From: Dehalococcoidia bacterium
GTDB lineage: Bacteria > Chloroflexota > Dehalococcoidia > UBA6926
Direction: 5' to 3'
NCBI GenBank assembly: GCA_965243495.1
Contig: CBDEUZ010000007.1
Span: 1,612,585 to 1,676,584 of the forward strand
Length of the DNA: 64,000 nt
Shown: positions 1 through 10,437 of the stretch, piece by piece
Position numbering within the stretch: position 1 is the stretch's first letter
Layout of the letters: each line of letters starts with the position of its first letter
Translations under genes and position numbers: made by a program
The notes under the pieces: generated by a model
Seen by the model: only the letters and a program-made list of their open reading frames with translations
Database searches by the model: none
Told to the model about the DNA's origin: nothing

Positions 1-1055
1 CCTTCGCTTTTGTCCGCCTGAGGCATAAAGACGTTTCGAATCTATACCTCGGCGGCATCACACTTCTGGCCACTCTCCCACTTATTCTCTGGACTCTCGT
101 TGTGATCGGGTGGAACCTCCTGCCTCATGACGCCCCCATTCCGGTTGATCCGCCGACAGTGGCCGACGTTGGTGTCCGTTGGCTCGTGGCCGCACCCGCG
201 ATGGCGGTAGCGGCAATCGGATTCCTGGCAGTACTGCCCACGGGACGCGAAGACGGCCCGTTGCCACAGGGAATTCAATTTGCATGCCTGCTGGTGGCCG
301 CGGCGGCAATGGGCATTGTCATCACGGAAGTGTTCTACGTCTGGGACTCCTTTGGCGTTCGCATGAACACCGTCTTCAAGGTGCATTACCAGGTGTGGAC
401 CCTGTTGGCGGTCGCTACGGGAATTGGCGCGGCGTGGGTGGTTGCACAGCGCCCGAAACGATTCTCTCCCTTGCAAGGCGGACTCGTTGTGGCGGGGGCA
501 GGCGGACTGGCTCTGTTGCTCGTTGGTGCCGCCTATGGCCCCCTTGGCGCAGCGGAACGCATCGAAGGCTCACCGTCAACCAGCATAGGGCTCGATGGAC
601 TCGCAACGTACCGAGAGCGATTCCGCGATGACGCCGTTGCCGTCGACTGGCTACTGAATAATGCCGACCGCGGTGACCACGTTCTTGAAGCGGTTGGAGA
701 TGATTACACGGACTACGGCCGCGTTTCCGCAATAACAGGAATGCCGACGCTCATGGGTTGGCAAGGACATGAACTGCAGTGGCGAGGGGGTACCGAATTG
801 TTCGGGCCACGAATCGAATACACCGAGGAGATCTATCGTGGGCAAACCGTCGAGGCGAGCGAGCATCTCAACGAAGATCAATTGAAGCTCAGGCTCGAAT
901 TCTACGGCATCGACTATATATTCGTTGGCTCACTAGAGCGGAATGACTTTGGGGAGGACACCGCAAGCAGGCTTCTTGCCTCCATGTCAAACCGCCTTGA
1001 GGTGGCTTTTGAATCAGGCAATACAACAATCCTGCGATACGTGCCCATCATCTGA
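1..1055 (+). CDS. DUF2298 (Chlor_Arch_YYY-type) membrane protein, 5'-partial
   Basis: Frame is open from the window start. Hydrophobic helices, RMNTVFKVHYQVW, and C-terminal LEAVGDDYTDYGRVSAITGMPTLMGWQGHELQWRG...YGIDYIFVGSLER, as recalled for DUF2298 proteins. Confidence 0.8.
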   Translation, partial: FAFVRLRHKDVSNLYLGGITLLATLPLILWTLVVIGWNLLPHDAPIPVDPPTVADVGVRWLVAAPAMAVAAIGFLAVLPTGREDGPLPQGIQFACLLVAAAAMGIVITEVFYVWDSFGVRMNTVFKVHYQVWTLLAVATGIGAAWVVAQRPKRFSPLQGGLVVAGAGGLALLLVGAAYGPLGAAERIEGSPSTSIGLDGLATYRERFRDDAVAVDWLLNNADRGDHVLEAVGDDYTDYGRVSAITGMPTLMGWQGHELQWRGGTELFGPRIEYTEEIYRGQTVEASEHLNEDQLKLRLEFYGIDYIFVGSLERNDFGEDTASRLLASMSNRLEVAFESGNTTILRYVPII

Positions 1056-1084
1056 TGCCAGTCTCGGTATAGTTAGATTTGACC

Positions 1085-3385
1085 ATGAGCAAATCCCGAC
1101 GGAGACGCAACCGTACCCGCCAGCAGATCACAGGCGGCCAAACGACGGTTTCCGACCACACAACTTCAGACTTGGCAGAAGACTCATTTAGTGGGGAACT
1201 CCACGACACCCCGGCGCCTGCCCGGCAACGAGCATGGCTATCACAAGAAGCGCGACAGAAAGCAGTCAATGACCTTGCCGCGTGGGCGCGGCGGCCTGAA
1301 GCCGCCATCCTTGTGGCCATCGTGGTTGTGGCTGCCGTTCTACGTTTCTGGGACCTCGGCACGCGAGCCGTTCACCACGATGAAAGCCTGCACGGCTACT
1401 ATTCCTGGTTCATGGCAGAGGGCGGCGGATTCATCCACAACCCTCTCCTGCACGGCACCGTTCAGTTCATCGCAACCAACTTTGTGTTTCGGCTGTTTGG
1501 AGCATCTGACACGACACTCCGGCTGTTGCCGGCCCTCTTGGGCACAATCGTGGTTGCGCTGCCGTATCTCCTATACCGCCACCGGATCGGCACACTTGGC
1601 GCTCTCATAGCCTCGGGGCTGCTAGCCATCTCTCCCGGCATCCTGTATTTCAGCCGATTTGCCCGCAACGACATCTACATGGTTCTCATCACGCTCGTCC
1701 TCTTCTGGACGATGTGGGCATACATGGACACACGGCGACTGCGATACCTAGTCATCGCCTCGGCAGCACTAGCCATTGGCTTTGCCACCAAAGAGGTCAT
1801 GTACCTTCTCGTGCTGGTGCCGATCACCTTTATCTTTCTTGCTCACGTGGGCGATGCGAAGCGACTCATTCGCACGCCGCTGCGTGAATGGCCGCCCGCC
1901 GCCGTTTTCGGTCTGATCCTGACAACGCTCGTGCTGCCGATGGGCGCAGCGGGTGTCGCGCTCTTCCAGAACATTCTCGGCATCCACCTTGCGAATCCCG
2001 ATTTGGGCGTGGACGCTGCGGAGGGCGCGCTGGTGAATCTTCCGGGCCCAGTGGGGGCGCCGATTTCCCAAGGGCCGGGAGTGACAACGTGGATCATTGA
2101 AAGACTCTCCGGCTTGCCGGGCGTCGGGTTCGATCTGGCCAACCTGGATGAAGTACAGAATCCTGCCGCGAGCACACTGCTTGGCATCCAGGCGCTGGAC
2201 ATCGCCGTTTTTGTACTGTTGGCTCTTTTTGGAATTGGCGCGGCGCTGGGCATCATGTGGCACAGACGACACTGGCTGATTATCGCCGGCGTGTTCTGGT
2301 TCCTTATCGCCGTGCTCTTCACTACGTTGCTCACGAACGGCATCGGTTTTGGCAGCGGCGTCTGGCAGTCACTGGGTTACTGGGTAGCGCAGCAGGAGGT
2401 CGGGCGGGGGAGTCAACCCTGGTACTACTACTTCATGGTCCTGTCCGTGTACGAACTCCTGCCGCTCGCCGTGGCGCTTGTGACGGGGGTCTTTATCCTT
2501 CGGCGACGCCCCACATTCATGACGTTTGACGTCTTTCTCATCTACTGGTTCGTGCTTGTGCTCGCATTGCTGCTTATGGCGGGTGAAAAGATGCCATGGC
2601 TATCCACTCATCTGACGCTGCCAATCATCATGATTGCAGGACGCGGCCTCGGCCAATATCTGCCGCAGGCCTTCAACCAGATTCGCCGGATAACCCGGCA
2701 AGCCGATGCCCGCCGAGTGGGCCACGTAGTAGCCGTTGGCGGGCTGGCCGTGCTTTTGATCCTCACGGCGCGTTCCTCACTCCGCGCAAGCTTTGAGAAT
2801 GGCGACGTTCCTGTGGAGATGCTTGTTTACACCCAGACCTCGCCTACGCTCGAGCAGGCCGTTGACGAGATTGATCGCTACGCAGCTGCCACAGGCGAAG
2901 GACAGCATCTGCCGCTCACAATCGATACTGCGCACGGGTACTCATGGCCATGGCACTGGTATTTGCGTGACTACACGAATGTTGAGTACCGCTGTATGGG
3001 TGACGAGGGCGTATGTGGAGAAGGATCACCTGTCGTGACCGACGAGAACCCCCCGCGCGGCCTCATCATGGCCCTCAACACGGACAGCGCCTCCAACATC
3101 CGGACGGCTGAGTGGGGATCGGACACGGCGAATCGCGTCCGAATACCGCTCCGATGGTGGTTCCCGGAGGGCGTCTACCGGGGCGACCAGTACTATGAGG
3201 GACTGGGCATCGGTGACATTGCCCGGGGTGCGATTGACCCCAGCGCGTGGTCGACCATCTGGACCTACTGGACGCTACGGGAGCCGCCGTGGCGTCTTGG
3301 CAGTTCTGACATCTACGTCTACTTCCCGTCCGACTACACGCCGGAGCTGAGCACGCCGCCCGATCCGGTCTACGGACCTGCCTAG
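1085..3385 (+). CDS. TIGR03663/Agl23-family GT-C membrane glycosyltransferase-like protein (PMT-like)
   Basis: LRFWDLGTRAVHHDESLHGY, ISPGILYFSRFARNDI, ATKE and GEKMPWL motifs; many TM helices; extracytoplasmic C-terminus with MLVYTQTS and YSWPWHWYLR. ATG at 1085 (TTG at 1079 is an alternative). Confidence 0.8.
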   Translation: MSKSRRRRNRTRQQITGGQTTVSDHTTSDLAEDSFSGELHDTPAPARQRAWLSQEARQKAVNDLAAWARRPEAAILVAIVVVAAVLRFWDLGTRAVHHDESLHGYYSWFMAEGGGFIHNPLLHGTVQFIATNFVFRLFGASDTTLRLLPALLGTIVVALPYLLYRHRIGTLGALIASGLLAISPGILYFSRFARNDIYMVLITLVLFWTMWAYMDTRRLRYLVIASAALAIGFATKEVMYLLVLVPITFIFLAHVGDAKRLIRTPLREWPPAAVFGLILTTLVLPMGAAGVALFQNILGIHLANPDLGVDAAEGALVNLPGPVGAPISQGPGVTTWIIERLSGLPGVGFDLANLDEVQNPAASTLLGIQALDIAVFVLLALFGIGAALGIMWHRRHWLIIAGVFWFLIAVLFTTLLTNGIGFGSGVWQSLGYWVAQQEVGRGSQPWYYYFMVLSVYELLPLAVALVTGVFILRRRPTFMTFDVFLIYWFVLVLALLLMAGEKMPWLSTHLTLPIIMIAGRGLGQYLPQAFNQIRRITRQADARRVGHVVAVGGLAVLLILTARSSLRASFENGDVPVEMLVYTQTSPTLEQAVDEIDRYAAATGEGQHLPLTIDTAHGYSWPWHWYLRDYTNVEYRCMGDEGVCGEGSPVVTDENPPRGLIMALNTDSASNIRTAEWGSDTANRVRIPLRWWFPEGVYRGDQYYEGLGIGDIARGAIDPSAWSTIWTYWTLREPPWRLGSSDIYVYFPSDYTPELSTPPDPVYGPA

Positions 3386-3397
3386 GCCCGCGTCCCA

Positions 3398-4411
3398 ATG
3401 CTCATCAACAGGCGCACTCTCTTCGCGCTCGCAGTAAGCGTGGCCTTTCTCGCCCTCGTCTTCTGGAGCATTGATTTCGACGAGTTCCTCGATGCATTTG
3501 CCGAAGCCAATTACCTCTGGCTGATTCCGGCGGTGATCGTCTACTTCCTGGCATTCACCCTGCGCGCGTGGCGGTGGCAAAGCCTTCTGGCGCACTTGGG
3601 CGGAGTGACACTCGGGCGCTCCTATTTCGTGGCTACCATCGGCTATGCGGCGAACAACGTCCTGCCGCTCCGACTAGGCGAGTTCGTCAGAGCATATCTT
3701 CTGCGACGCAACCCCGGCCTGGATATGACGGCGGGCCTCGCGACCATCGCCGTGGAGCGTATCCTTGACGGCTTAACCCTCCTTCTGTGGCTCGGCATAG
3801 GCCTACTGTTCTTCGCCTCCATGTGGATGCTTTCGCCACTGCTGACACTCGCCGCGCAGGTGGCTGCCGTAGTGTTCATCAGCGCAGGCGTGGGTGTCAT
3901 CCTTGCTGTCCTGTTTCCGAACGCAGCGCTGCGTATGACCCATACCGTCACCCGGCCGCTCCCGGATCGTTATGCCGCGCGTCTGATGGCCATTGCGGAG
4001 TCTTTGCTGCAGGGTTTTGCGGCCCTCAAGGACGCGCGCAAGATACCGTTCTGGTTCGTGATCTCCAACGCCGTGTGGGCAGGCGAAGCTCTGGTCTATA
4101 TCCTCGTGGCCGCGGCCATGGACGTAGACACCCCCATCGTCGTTCTGTTCGTCGCCGTCGCCGCCTCGAACCTCGCCACCGCCGTGCCGTCGTCCTCCGG
4201 GGGCATTGGCCCGTTTGAACTTCTTGCGAAAGAGACGCTCGTCCGCGCCGGCGTGGGAGCAGGACTTGCCACGGCGTACGCGGTCGTCATTCACGCCACG
4301 CTGTGGGTTCCCGTTACGATAGCGGGAGCGATCCTGCTCATCCTGGAGGGAGTGCCACTGCGCGAGGTGTTGCGCCCCACGAGCGGGGTGAACGGATCGG
4401 ACGCCGGGTAA
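3398..4411 (+). CDS. Lysylphosphatidylglycerol-synthase TM domain / flippase-like protein (UPF0104)
   Basis: LRAWRWQSLL, AANNVLPLRLGEFVRAYLL, VERILD and PSSSGGIGPFE motifs; polytopic membrane protein. Confidence 0.85.
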   Translation: MLINRRTLFALAVSVAFLALVFWSIDFDEFLDAFAEANYLWLIPAVIVYFLAFTLRAWRWQSLLAHLGGVTLGRSYFVATIGYAANNVLPLRLGEFVRAYLLRRNPGLDMTAGLATIAVERILDGLTLLLWLGIGLLFFASMWMLSPLLTLAAQVAAVVFISAGVGVILAVLFPNAALRMTHTVTRPLPDRYAARLMAIAESLLQGFAALKDARKIPFWFVISNAVWAGEALVYILVAAAMDVDTPIVVLFVAVAASNLATAVPSSSGGIGPFELLAKETLVRAGVGAGLATAYAVVIHATLWVPVTIAGAILLILEGVPLREVLRPTSGVNGSDAG

Positions 4412-4425
4412 GCAAAGGCAACCGA

Positions 4426-5742
4426 ATGAAGGTCGGAATAATTGGCGGAGGTGTTGGCGGCCTTGCCGCGGGCTATGAGTTCGCCAAGGCAGGTCATACC
4501 GTTGAGCTGTTTGAGCGCGCGCCATTCCTGGGCGGGCTGGCATCCACGTTCGACGTTGGTGGCGGACGACTGGAACGTTTCTACCACCACCTATTTCTGT
4601 CCGATGTCACAATCATCGGCCTGCTGGACGAGCTTGGTCTGAAAGACCACCTCATCTGGGAAGACTCGAAGGTCGGTTATTTCACACACGGCCGTATATA
4701 CCCGTTCGCCACAGCGACCGACCTCCTGCGATTCAACCCCGTGAGCCTGTTCGACCGTATCCGCATGGGGTTGGTCACGCTTTACATCCAGCGCATCAAG
4801 AATTGGAAAAGACTGGAGGACACGACCGCCGCCGCGTTCATGCGCAAGTGGGCAGGACGGCGCAACTACGAGGAAATATGGGAGCCGTTGCTGCGTGGCA
4901 AGTTCGGGCGCTATGCCGAGCAGATCGCCATGCCGTGGATGTGGAGCAAGTTCGCCACGCGCGTCGCCTCTCGTAAGGGCCTGTTAGGCCGCGAGCAGCT
5001 TGGCTATATCGAAGGCAGTTGGCAGGTGCTCATTGACGCCCTTGAGCAGCGCATCACAGAGATGGGCGGCGAGGTGCGGACAGGTGTCGGCGTGTCGCGC
5101 ATCGAAACCACGGACAACAGGGTGACAGGGCTAACGATAGCCGACGCCGATGGCGCCGAAGAAAAGCGCGACTATGATGCCGTCCTCGCCACCGTCCCGA
5201 GTTTTCTCCTGCCGCGTCTTGTGGACCTACCCGAGGACTATCTCAGCAAGGTCAGCACAATCGACTACGAGGGTGCGATCGCCGTGATTTGGGTCATGAA
5301 TCGCAGTCTTTCGCCCATCTATTGGCTCAACATCGCTGATGCGGACATTCCGTTCCTGCTCGCGTTGGAGCAGACCAACCTCGTGCCACCGTCCGTCTAT
5401 GGCGGCAAACACATCCTCTACACGGCAGACTACGTGACGCCGGAAGACCATAGGTGGGGACTGTCGGACGACGAGCTCATTGAGAGCTATGCCGAACACC
5501 TGCGGAAAATCAATCCTGAGTTCGACCTGTCGTGGGTAGAGCGGACGTACGTCCACCGCGAAGGCGCAGCGCAGCCAATCATGACTACGCATTTCAGCGA
5601 CAAGATACCGCCCAACAAGACACCCGTCGACGGCCTCTGGCTCGCTGCCATGAGCCAGATCTACCCGGAGGATAGAGGAACCAACTACAGCATCCGCCAG
5701 GGCCAGGACGTTGCCCGCGCCATGATGGCGGAGGCAGGCTAG
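4426..5742 (+). CDS. NAD(P)/FAD-dependent oxidoreductase (amine oxidase/protoporphyrinogen oxidase-like)
   Basis: Start reset to ATG 4426 (MKVGIIGGGVGGLAAG Rossmann motif); LGGLA, ERFYHH and QIYPEDRGTNYS. Confidence 0.85.
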   Translation: MKVGIIGGGVGGLAAGYEFAKAGHTVELFERAPFLGGLASTFDVGGGRLERFYHHLFLSDVTIIGLLDELGLKDHLIWEDSKVGYFTHGRIYPFATATDLLRFNPVSLFDRIRMGLVTLYIQRIKNWKRLEDTTAAAFMRKWAGRRNYEEIWEPLLRGKFGRYAEQIAMPWMWSKFATRVASRKGLLGREQLGYIEGSWQVLIDALEQRITEMGGEVRTGVGVSRIETTDNRVTGLTIADADGAEEKRDYDAVLATVPSFLLPRLVDLPEDYLSKVSTIDYEGAIAVIWVMNRSLSPIYWLNIADADIPFLLALEQTNLVPPSVYGGKHILYTADYVTPEDHRWGLSDDELIESYAEHLRKINPEFDLSWVERTYVHREGAAQPIMTTHFSDKIPPNKTPVDGLWLAAMSQIYPEDRGTNYSIRQGQDVARAMMAEAG

Positions 5743-6200
5743 CGTACCTTGAAGTTTGTTTCCACCTCGACGCAGGAGCCGCGGGGCAGGGAGCCCATGC
5801 CGATGGCGTTGCGAGCGTGTTTGCCGGCCTCACCCAGAACTGCAACAAGCAGATCAGACGCGCCATTCGCAACGATGGAGTGCTGATCGAAATCGGGCAC
5901 GGCATTCACGAATACGGTGATCCGCGTCACTGACTCGACGGCATCGAGGCCGCCATCCACGGCGTTTTCTACCGCCGAAAGCGCATTAAGCGTTGCAATG
6001 CGAGCTGCTTCTGTCGCCTCCTCAACGGTCACGTCTGCGCCAACCTTGCCAGGCGAGATTAGCTGGCCATCCTGGGTGGGGAGCTGTCCGGCCACGTACA
6101 AAGTGTTGTGGACGCGATTGGCGGGCGTGTAATTCCCACCGGGTGTGGCGGGTGGGGGAAGAGTGATTCCAAGTTCTTTCAGCCTGTCTGCTACTGTCAT
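5739..6200 (-). CDS. RidA/YjgF family protein
   Basis: GNYTP, LYVAGQLP, VANGASDLL and GKHARNAIG...SLPRGSCVEVE. Confidence 0.9.
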   Translation of the reverse strand: MTVADRLKELGITLPPPATPGGNYTPANRVHNTLYVAGQLPTQDGQLISPGKVGADVTVEEATEAARIATLNALSAVENAVDGGLDAVESVTRITVFVNAVPDFDQHSIVANGASDLLVAVLGEAGKHARNAIGMGSLPRGSCVEVETNFKVR

Positions 6201-7486
6201 ACCTGTGTGCCTCCTGTATTGGCCTCTTCCGTCTGTGGTTGCTGCGTCACCGGCCAGATGGTGTCCAGTTCAGAGTACTGCGGATAACGCCCGGCAAGCA
6301 GCGGCATATGGCCGGGTGTCAGCAGGACGGGCGGAAGACCGTCCAACCCGCCCCGCGCGCGGCTGATGACGATATCATCCACGCCAAACGGCTCGCCTGC
6401 ATCCGTGCCCGTGCTGTGAATGAGGACGCCGAACCCGCCGAACCCGCTCGGCTTGGTGAGTTCAAGGATCGCCATGCGGTTGGCCAGGACATCCTGCGGC
6501 GGTAGATCAAGCTCGCGCAGCGCATCGACAAACGCTTGGGAGCCGAGTTTCTTGAGATACCGCTGCTGTGTCAACAAGCCCTCCGTCCGCAGCCCCGCTT
6601 GCTCTCCGGCCCATGCCAGCGACGTGAAATCTACGTGCGCCGTAATGTCCTGCCTGCCCAGCCGGATATAGGGGTTGGTGGAGGACGTGTGGCGGTGGTA
6701 GCAGAGCAGGGTGCCCTCTCGCCGTGAGCCGTCGTAAAGCGTGGCGGCAGGGAAGCCGTAATCGATAGTGAAGACGAACCCTCTCCGCAGCCTTGATGCG
6801 CTTCCTCTCAAATGCGCAGGGCCGTCAAGATCGATCTCAGCCTTGCTGCCGTTCGGCAGCGTCACGTCCAGTTGCCCCAGCCGCTCCACCAACGCGGGTG
6901 TCGACGGCTCCGCGATCGTCTCGATGAATCCCGCGTCCGTCGCGTCCACCAGCAGTTCGTAAAGAGTTTCTCCTTGTTGAATGACACGATGCCGCGGCAT
7001 GGCATCGTAAAGCTCATTCGAGATAATCACCCCGGCCTCAATCTCATCCGGGGGCGAGTCACTGTCCCAGTCAATGACACACTCCGTGCCATCGTCCTGT
7101 GACGGGGTCACGCGCCCATTCCGCCCGAATTCCACGATCTGGTAATCAACAGCTCCTCTGAAATCCGCTGCCAAGTTTGGGATGTAGTTGAAAATATCCT
7201 CGGCGAGACGCCCCTTGCCGCCGCCCTCTTCAACGACCGTGAATGTCCCCGGCTTACCCAACAGTTCCCAGCAGCGTTCCAGTTGCAGAGCGAGCAAAGC
7301 CCCGAACGCCGGGTGGGTGGCAGGCGCGGTATAGAAATCGCCACTCGGGCCGATGCGCTCGTCGAGGCTGCTGTAGTAGCCGCCATCTGGATCGTAGAGG
7401 ACGACGCGCATGAAATCGGCGAAGGGGATTGGACCCCTTCGCCGTATTTCGTCTCTAAGCCGGGCCTCCAGCGTCTGCGGGGCCAT
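6197..7486 (-). CDS. SAM-dependent methyltransferase, MidA/NDUFAF7 family
   Basis: GPIPFADFM...LYDPDGGYY, GDFYTAP, SNELYDAMP, TIDYG and QDITAHVDF. Confidence 0.9.
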   Translation of the reverse strand: MAPQTLEARLRDEIRRRGPIPFADFMRVVLYDPDGGYYSSLDERIGPSGDFYTAPATHPAFGALLALQLERCWELLGKPGTFTVVEEGGGKGRLAEDIFNYIPNLAADFRGAVDYQIVEFGRNGRVTPSQDDGTECVIDWDSDSPPDEIEAGVIISNELYDAMPRHRVIQQGETLYELLVDATDAGFIETIAEPSTPALVERLGQLDVTLPNGSKAEIDLDGPAHLRGSASRLRRGFVFTIDYGFPAATLYDGSRREGTLLCYHRHTSSTNPYIRLGRQDITAHVDFTSLAWAGEQAGLRTEGLLTQQRYLKKLGSQAFVDALRELDLPPQDVLANRMAILELTKPSGFGGFGVLIHSTGTDAGEPFGVDDIVISRARGGLDGLPPVLLTPGHMPLLAGRYPQYSELDTIWPVTQQPQTEEANTGGTQV

Positions 7487-7506
7487 GGGCGTATGTGTTT
7501 CCGTGT

Positions 7507-8376
7507 CTACTGGATTGCGAACGACTCAATCATCTGGTCCACGTCTCGGGAGCGCAGTCGAGAATTCAGGCTGGTGTAACGCTCATCCAGAGGCTCGGGG
7601 TTGTCTGCTGCGTACAGGACACCGAGCGGAATACCCGGATCCTGAGCAATTCTCAGCGCTTCACGGAAATCCGTCCGGTCGTGGCTCTCATCGATGTCGT
7701 AGGTCAGTGGGTCGATACCCTTCTTGGCGTTGCCTCGGAGGATGTCGTAGTTGTCGTTATAGGTGGTGCAGGGGGACTGCACGTGGACGATGGAGAAGCC
7801 GGGGTAGTCCATGCCTTCCCGGATCATCTGCGCCATCTCACGTGGCTTGCTGGAGAATGCCGACGCGACAAAGGACGCGCCCAGTGACAGGTAGTACTGG
7901 AACGGCTTGACTTCTCCCTCGATCTTGCCGCCGGGAGTGGTGCTGGTCACGACGCCGAACTGTGTGGTGGGAGAGCTCTGCCCTTTCGTCAGGCCGTACA
8001 CGCCGTTGTCCATGATGACACACGTGACGTTCAGGTTCCGCTGCGCGGCGGGGCCGATGTGCTCCGCGCCGATGCTCAGGAAATCTCCGTCTCCGGCGAC
8101 AATCATCACCTCAAGTTCTGGATTGCCGCTCTTGATGCCGAATGCGACAGGCAGGGTGCGACCGTGGATGCCGTGAAAACCGAACGGCTGCGGGCCGTCC
8201 GTCAGGTGAACCAGGTTGCCCGAGCAACCGATTCCGGCGACGATCACGTTATTTTCGAACGGGACATCCATCTCGGTCGTGCGTGCTGCGATCGTCAACT
8301 CAATGGCGCGCTTGACGCCGAAGTCGCCGCAGCCGGGGCACCACTTGAAATCGTACTCGGGGTTCCGCTTCGTCAT
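7507..8376 (-). CDS. 2-oxoacid:ferredoxin oxidoreductase beta subunit (TPP-binding)
   Basis: WCPGCGDFG, GIGCSG, HGIHGR, GDGD...DNGVYGLTKGQSSPT and SPCTTYN. Confidence 0.93.
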   Translation of the reverse strand: MTKRNPEYDFKWCPGCGDFGVKRAIELTIAARTTEMDVPFENNVIVAGIGCSGNLVHLTDGPQPFGFHGIHGRTLPVAFGIKSGNPELEVMIVAGDGDFLSIGAEHIGPAAQRNLNVTCVIMDNGVYGLTKGQSSPTTQFGVVTSTTPGGKIEGEVKPFQYYLSLGASFVASAFSSKPREMAQMIREGMDYPGFSIVHVQSPCTTYNDNYDILRGNAKKGIDPLTYDIDESHDRTDFREALRIAQDPGIPLGVLYAADNPEPLDERYTSLNSRLRSRDVDQMIESFAIQ

Positions 8377-8419
8377 TGTCTGCTACCTCTTTCCTTCCAC
8401 TCCGCCCGTGCTTTGGACG

Positions 8420-10150
8420 CTAGACTCCAACCTTGCTGCGCGCCGCGGCCTCAACCTCGGCGGTGACTCTCTCAACCAGGTCTGCCACCTTGAACGGCAG
8501 GCCCGTGTACTGGGTAAGTGACTTCGCGTTGACGCCGTGCTGGCGCAGGATGGAGGACAACTGACCAAGGTAGTTGAGCTCCGGCACCAGAACGAGCTTC
8601 TTGGATCGCAGCTCATCGAGCAGCTTGGGATTGAACGGGGAGATGAACATGGTGTAGTACCAGCCCAACGGCACGCCGTTCTCCATCATCTTCTCGTACG
8701 CCTCATGCGCCGGGCCCTTGGATCCGCCCCACGGCATGATGACAACGTCATTGTCCGTGTTGCGCGTCTCGTACGGCGTGTCCTCAAGAAGCTTCAACTT
8801 GCCGAACCGGCGCTCCGTGCCGCGAACGTGATGAACCGGCAGATGCGTTGTATCGCCAATCGTATCGTGCTCGCTGGCGTTGGCGACGTAAGCGCCCGGG
8901 CCGCCGGGCAGCGGCATCGGTGTAACGGTATCGCCCTCGTAGCGCTTGTACCCGTTCGTGCCGGTGTAGATCTGCCGCGCCTCCACCTCAACGAGGGACG
9001 GGTCGGGCTTGCGAATGTTCTGCACGCGCTCGGAGAGCATGTGCTCGGAAAGCACAATCACGGGACCTTGGTAGCGCTCTGCCCAATTGAGAGCGTGCAT
9101 GGCTGCGTAGAAGCACTCCTCGATGGTGCCGGGTGCAATAACTGGCAACTGCGAGTCGCCGTGCGCCGGATGCATCGCCATGTACAGGTCGGACTGCTCA
9201 GACTTGGTGGGCAGTCCCGTGGCGGGGCCGCCGCGCTGTACGTCAATGACAACGCAGGGAACCTCCATCATCCACGCCATGCCCAGTCCCTCACTCATCA
9301 GTGAGAAGCCCGGACCCGCGGTGGAGGTCATGGCCTTCTTGCCAACGAAACCTGCGCCGACAATGGTGCTGATGGACTCAATCTCGGAGCTTGCCTGGTA
9401 AACAAACGTCCCCTCGCCTCGGAGGTTCTGCTCCATGAAAACGAGGATGGACGTAGCTGGGGATATGGGATAACCGACAAAGAAGTTCAAGCCGGCGGCC
9501 AGTGCGCCCAGGCCGAAGCTCTCGTTTCCCTTGATGATGATTTGCTCGTAATCGGGCGGATCGGGGGCGGCCAACTCGCCGAGCGAGAACCCACTCGCCT
9601 TCGCCGCATCACGCCCAAGCCCGAGGCCCATGCTGTTGGCCGCGACGATCTCGGCATCGTTCGGGCGGCCTCGTGTAAAGCGCTTGACGTTGAAGTCCTC
9701 AAGATACTGTTCAGGCCACTGAACGAACTGGGCAACTGCGCCAAGAATGACCATGTTGGCCGCGCGCGGGTTGCCGGTTGACTTGCCAAGCTCCTCGTAA
9801 GGAAGGGCCACGATGTTCATTGAAGCCTTGTCTTCTTCCGGCACTTCAAAGACTGCCGAGTCATAAACAAGAATGCCGCCGTCACGCAGCTCTTCCTTGT
9901 GAACCTCGTAGGCCTCCTCGTTGAATGCGACGAGCACGTCAAGGTTGTCGCCGTTGCTGAGTGCCGGTGTCACGGAAATACGACACTGGCTCCACGTGGG
10001 TCCGCCCATGATCTGGGACGGGAAAGTAACGAACGTCATCACGTGGTATCCCACCTGCGCGGCTGCGGCGGCGAGGGCCTCGGACGCTGTCACCATGCCC
10101 TGTCCGCCTTCGCCCGCGAAGCGGATTACAAAGTCTCGTGTAGCTGCCAC
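8420..10150 (-). CDS. 2-oxoacid:acceptor oxidoreductase alpha subunit (gamma-alpha fused)
   Basis: AGEGGQG N-terminal domain, GYPISPAT, TSTAGPGFSLM and QRGGPATGLPTKSEQSDL; GTG start. Confidence 0.93.
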   Translation of the reverse strand: MAATRDFVIRFAGEGGQGMVTASEALAAAAAQVGYHVMTFVTFPSQIMGGPTWSQCRISVTPALSNGDNLDVLVAFNEEAYEVHKEELRDGGILVYDSAVFEVPEEDKASMNIVALPYEELGKSTGNPRAANMVILGAVAQFVQWPEQYLEDFNVKRFTRGRPNDAEIVAANSMGLGLGRDAAKASGFSLGELAAPDPPDYEQIIIKGNESFGLGALAAGLNFFVGYPISPATSILVFMEQNLRGEGTFVYQASSEIESISTIVGAGFVGKKAMTSTAGPGFSLMSEGLGMAWMMEVPCVVIDVQRGGPATGLPTKSEQSDLYMAMHPAHGDSQLPVIAPGTIEECFYAAMHALNWAERYQGPVIVLSEHMLSERVQNIRKPDPSLVEVEARQIYTGTNGYKRYEGDTVTPMPLPGGPGAYVANASEHDTIGDTTHLPVHHVRGTERRFGKLKLLEDTPYETRNTDNDVVIMPWGGSKGPAHEAYEKMMENGVPLGWYYTMFISPFNPKLLDELRSKKLVLVPELNYLGQLSSILRQHGVNAKSLTQYTGLPFKVADLVERVTAEVEAAARSKVGV

Positions 10151-10283
10151 TAATTTCCCCCTTGCGACTTCAATTCTCGGCAGGCCGTCAGTGCACGACG
10201 AGTGCTTGAAAGGCTGTAGTTACTAAGCCCCCATAAAGCGCCCGCCATAAACCTGCCCCGTGCATTATGACGCAACGCATTTG

Positions 10284-10292
10284 AGTATAACA
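10284..10292 (-). promoter_or_regulatory. Extended -10 promoter candidate (TGtTATACT) for the 2-oxoacid oxidoreductase operon
   Basis: Near-consensus TGnTATACT on the minus strand in the divergent intergenic region. Confidence 0.45.
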
Positions 10293-10376
10293 AACGTTTG
10301 GGTAGAACGGGACAAAGCAAGGCAAGATTATGGAAGGTTGAGAAGTAACTTTGGAGGGGCTGGAGAACACGTCGAC

Positions 10377-10385
10377 TGATATAAT
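10377..10385 (+). promoter_or_regulatory. Extended -10 promoter (TGaTATAAT) for the MBL hydrolase
   Basis: Perfect TGnTATAAT about 50 bp upstream of ATG 10438, with a GAGG SD in between. Confidence 0.6.
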
Positions 10386-10437
10386 CGGCGGCAACATAGT
10401 ATGAGATGCGTGACAGCGCATGAGAGGTACTAGCGTA

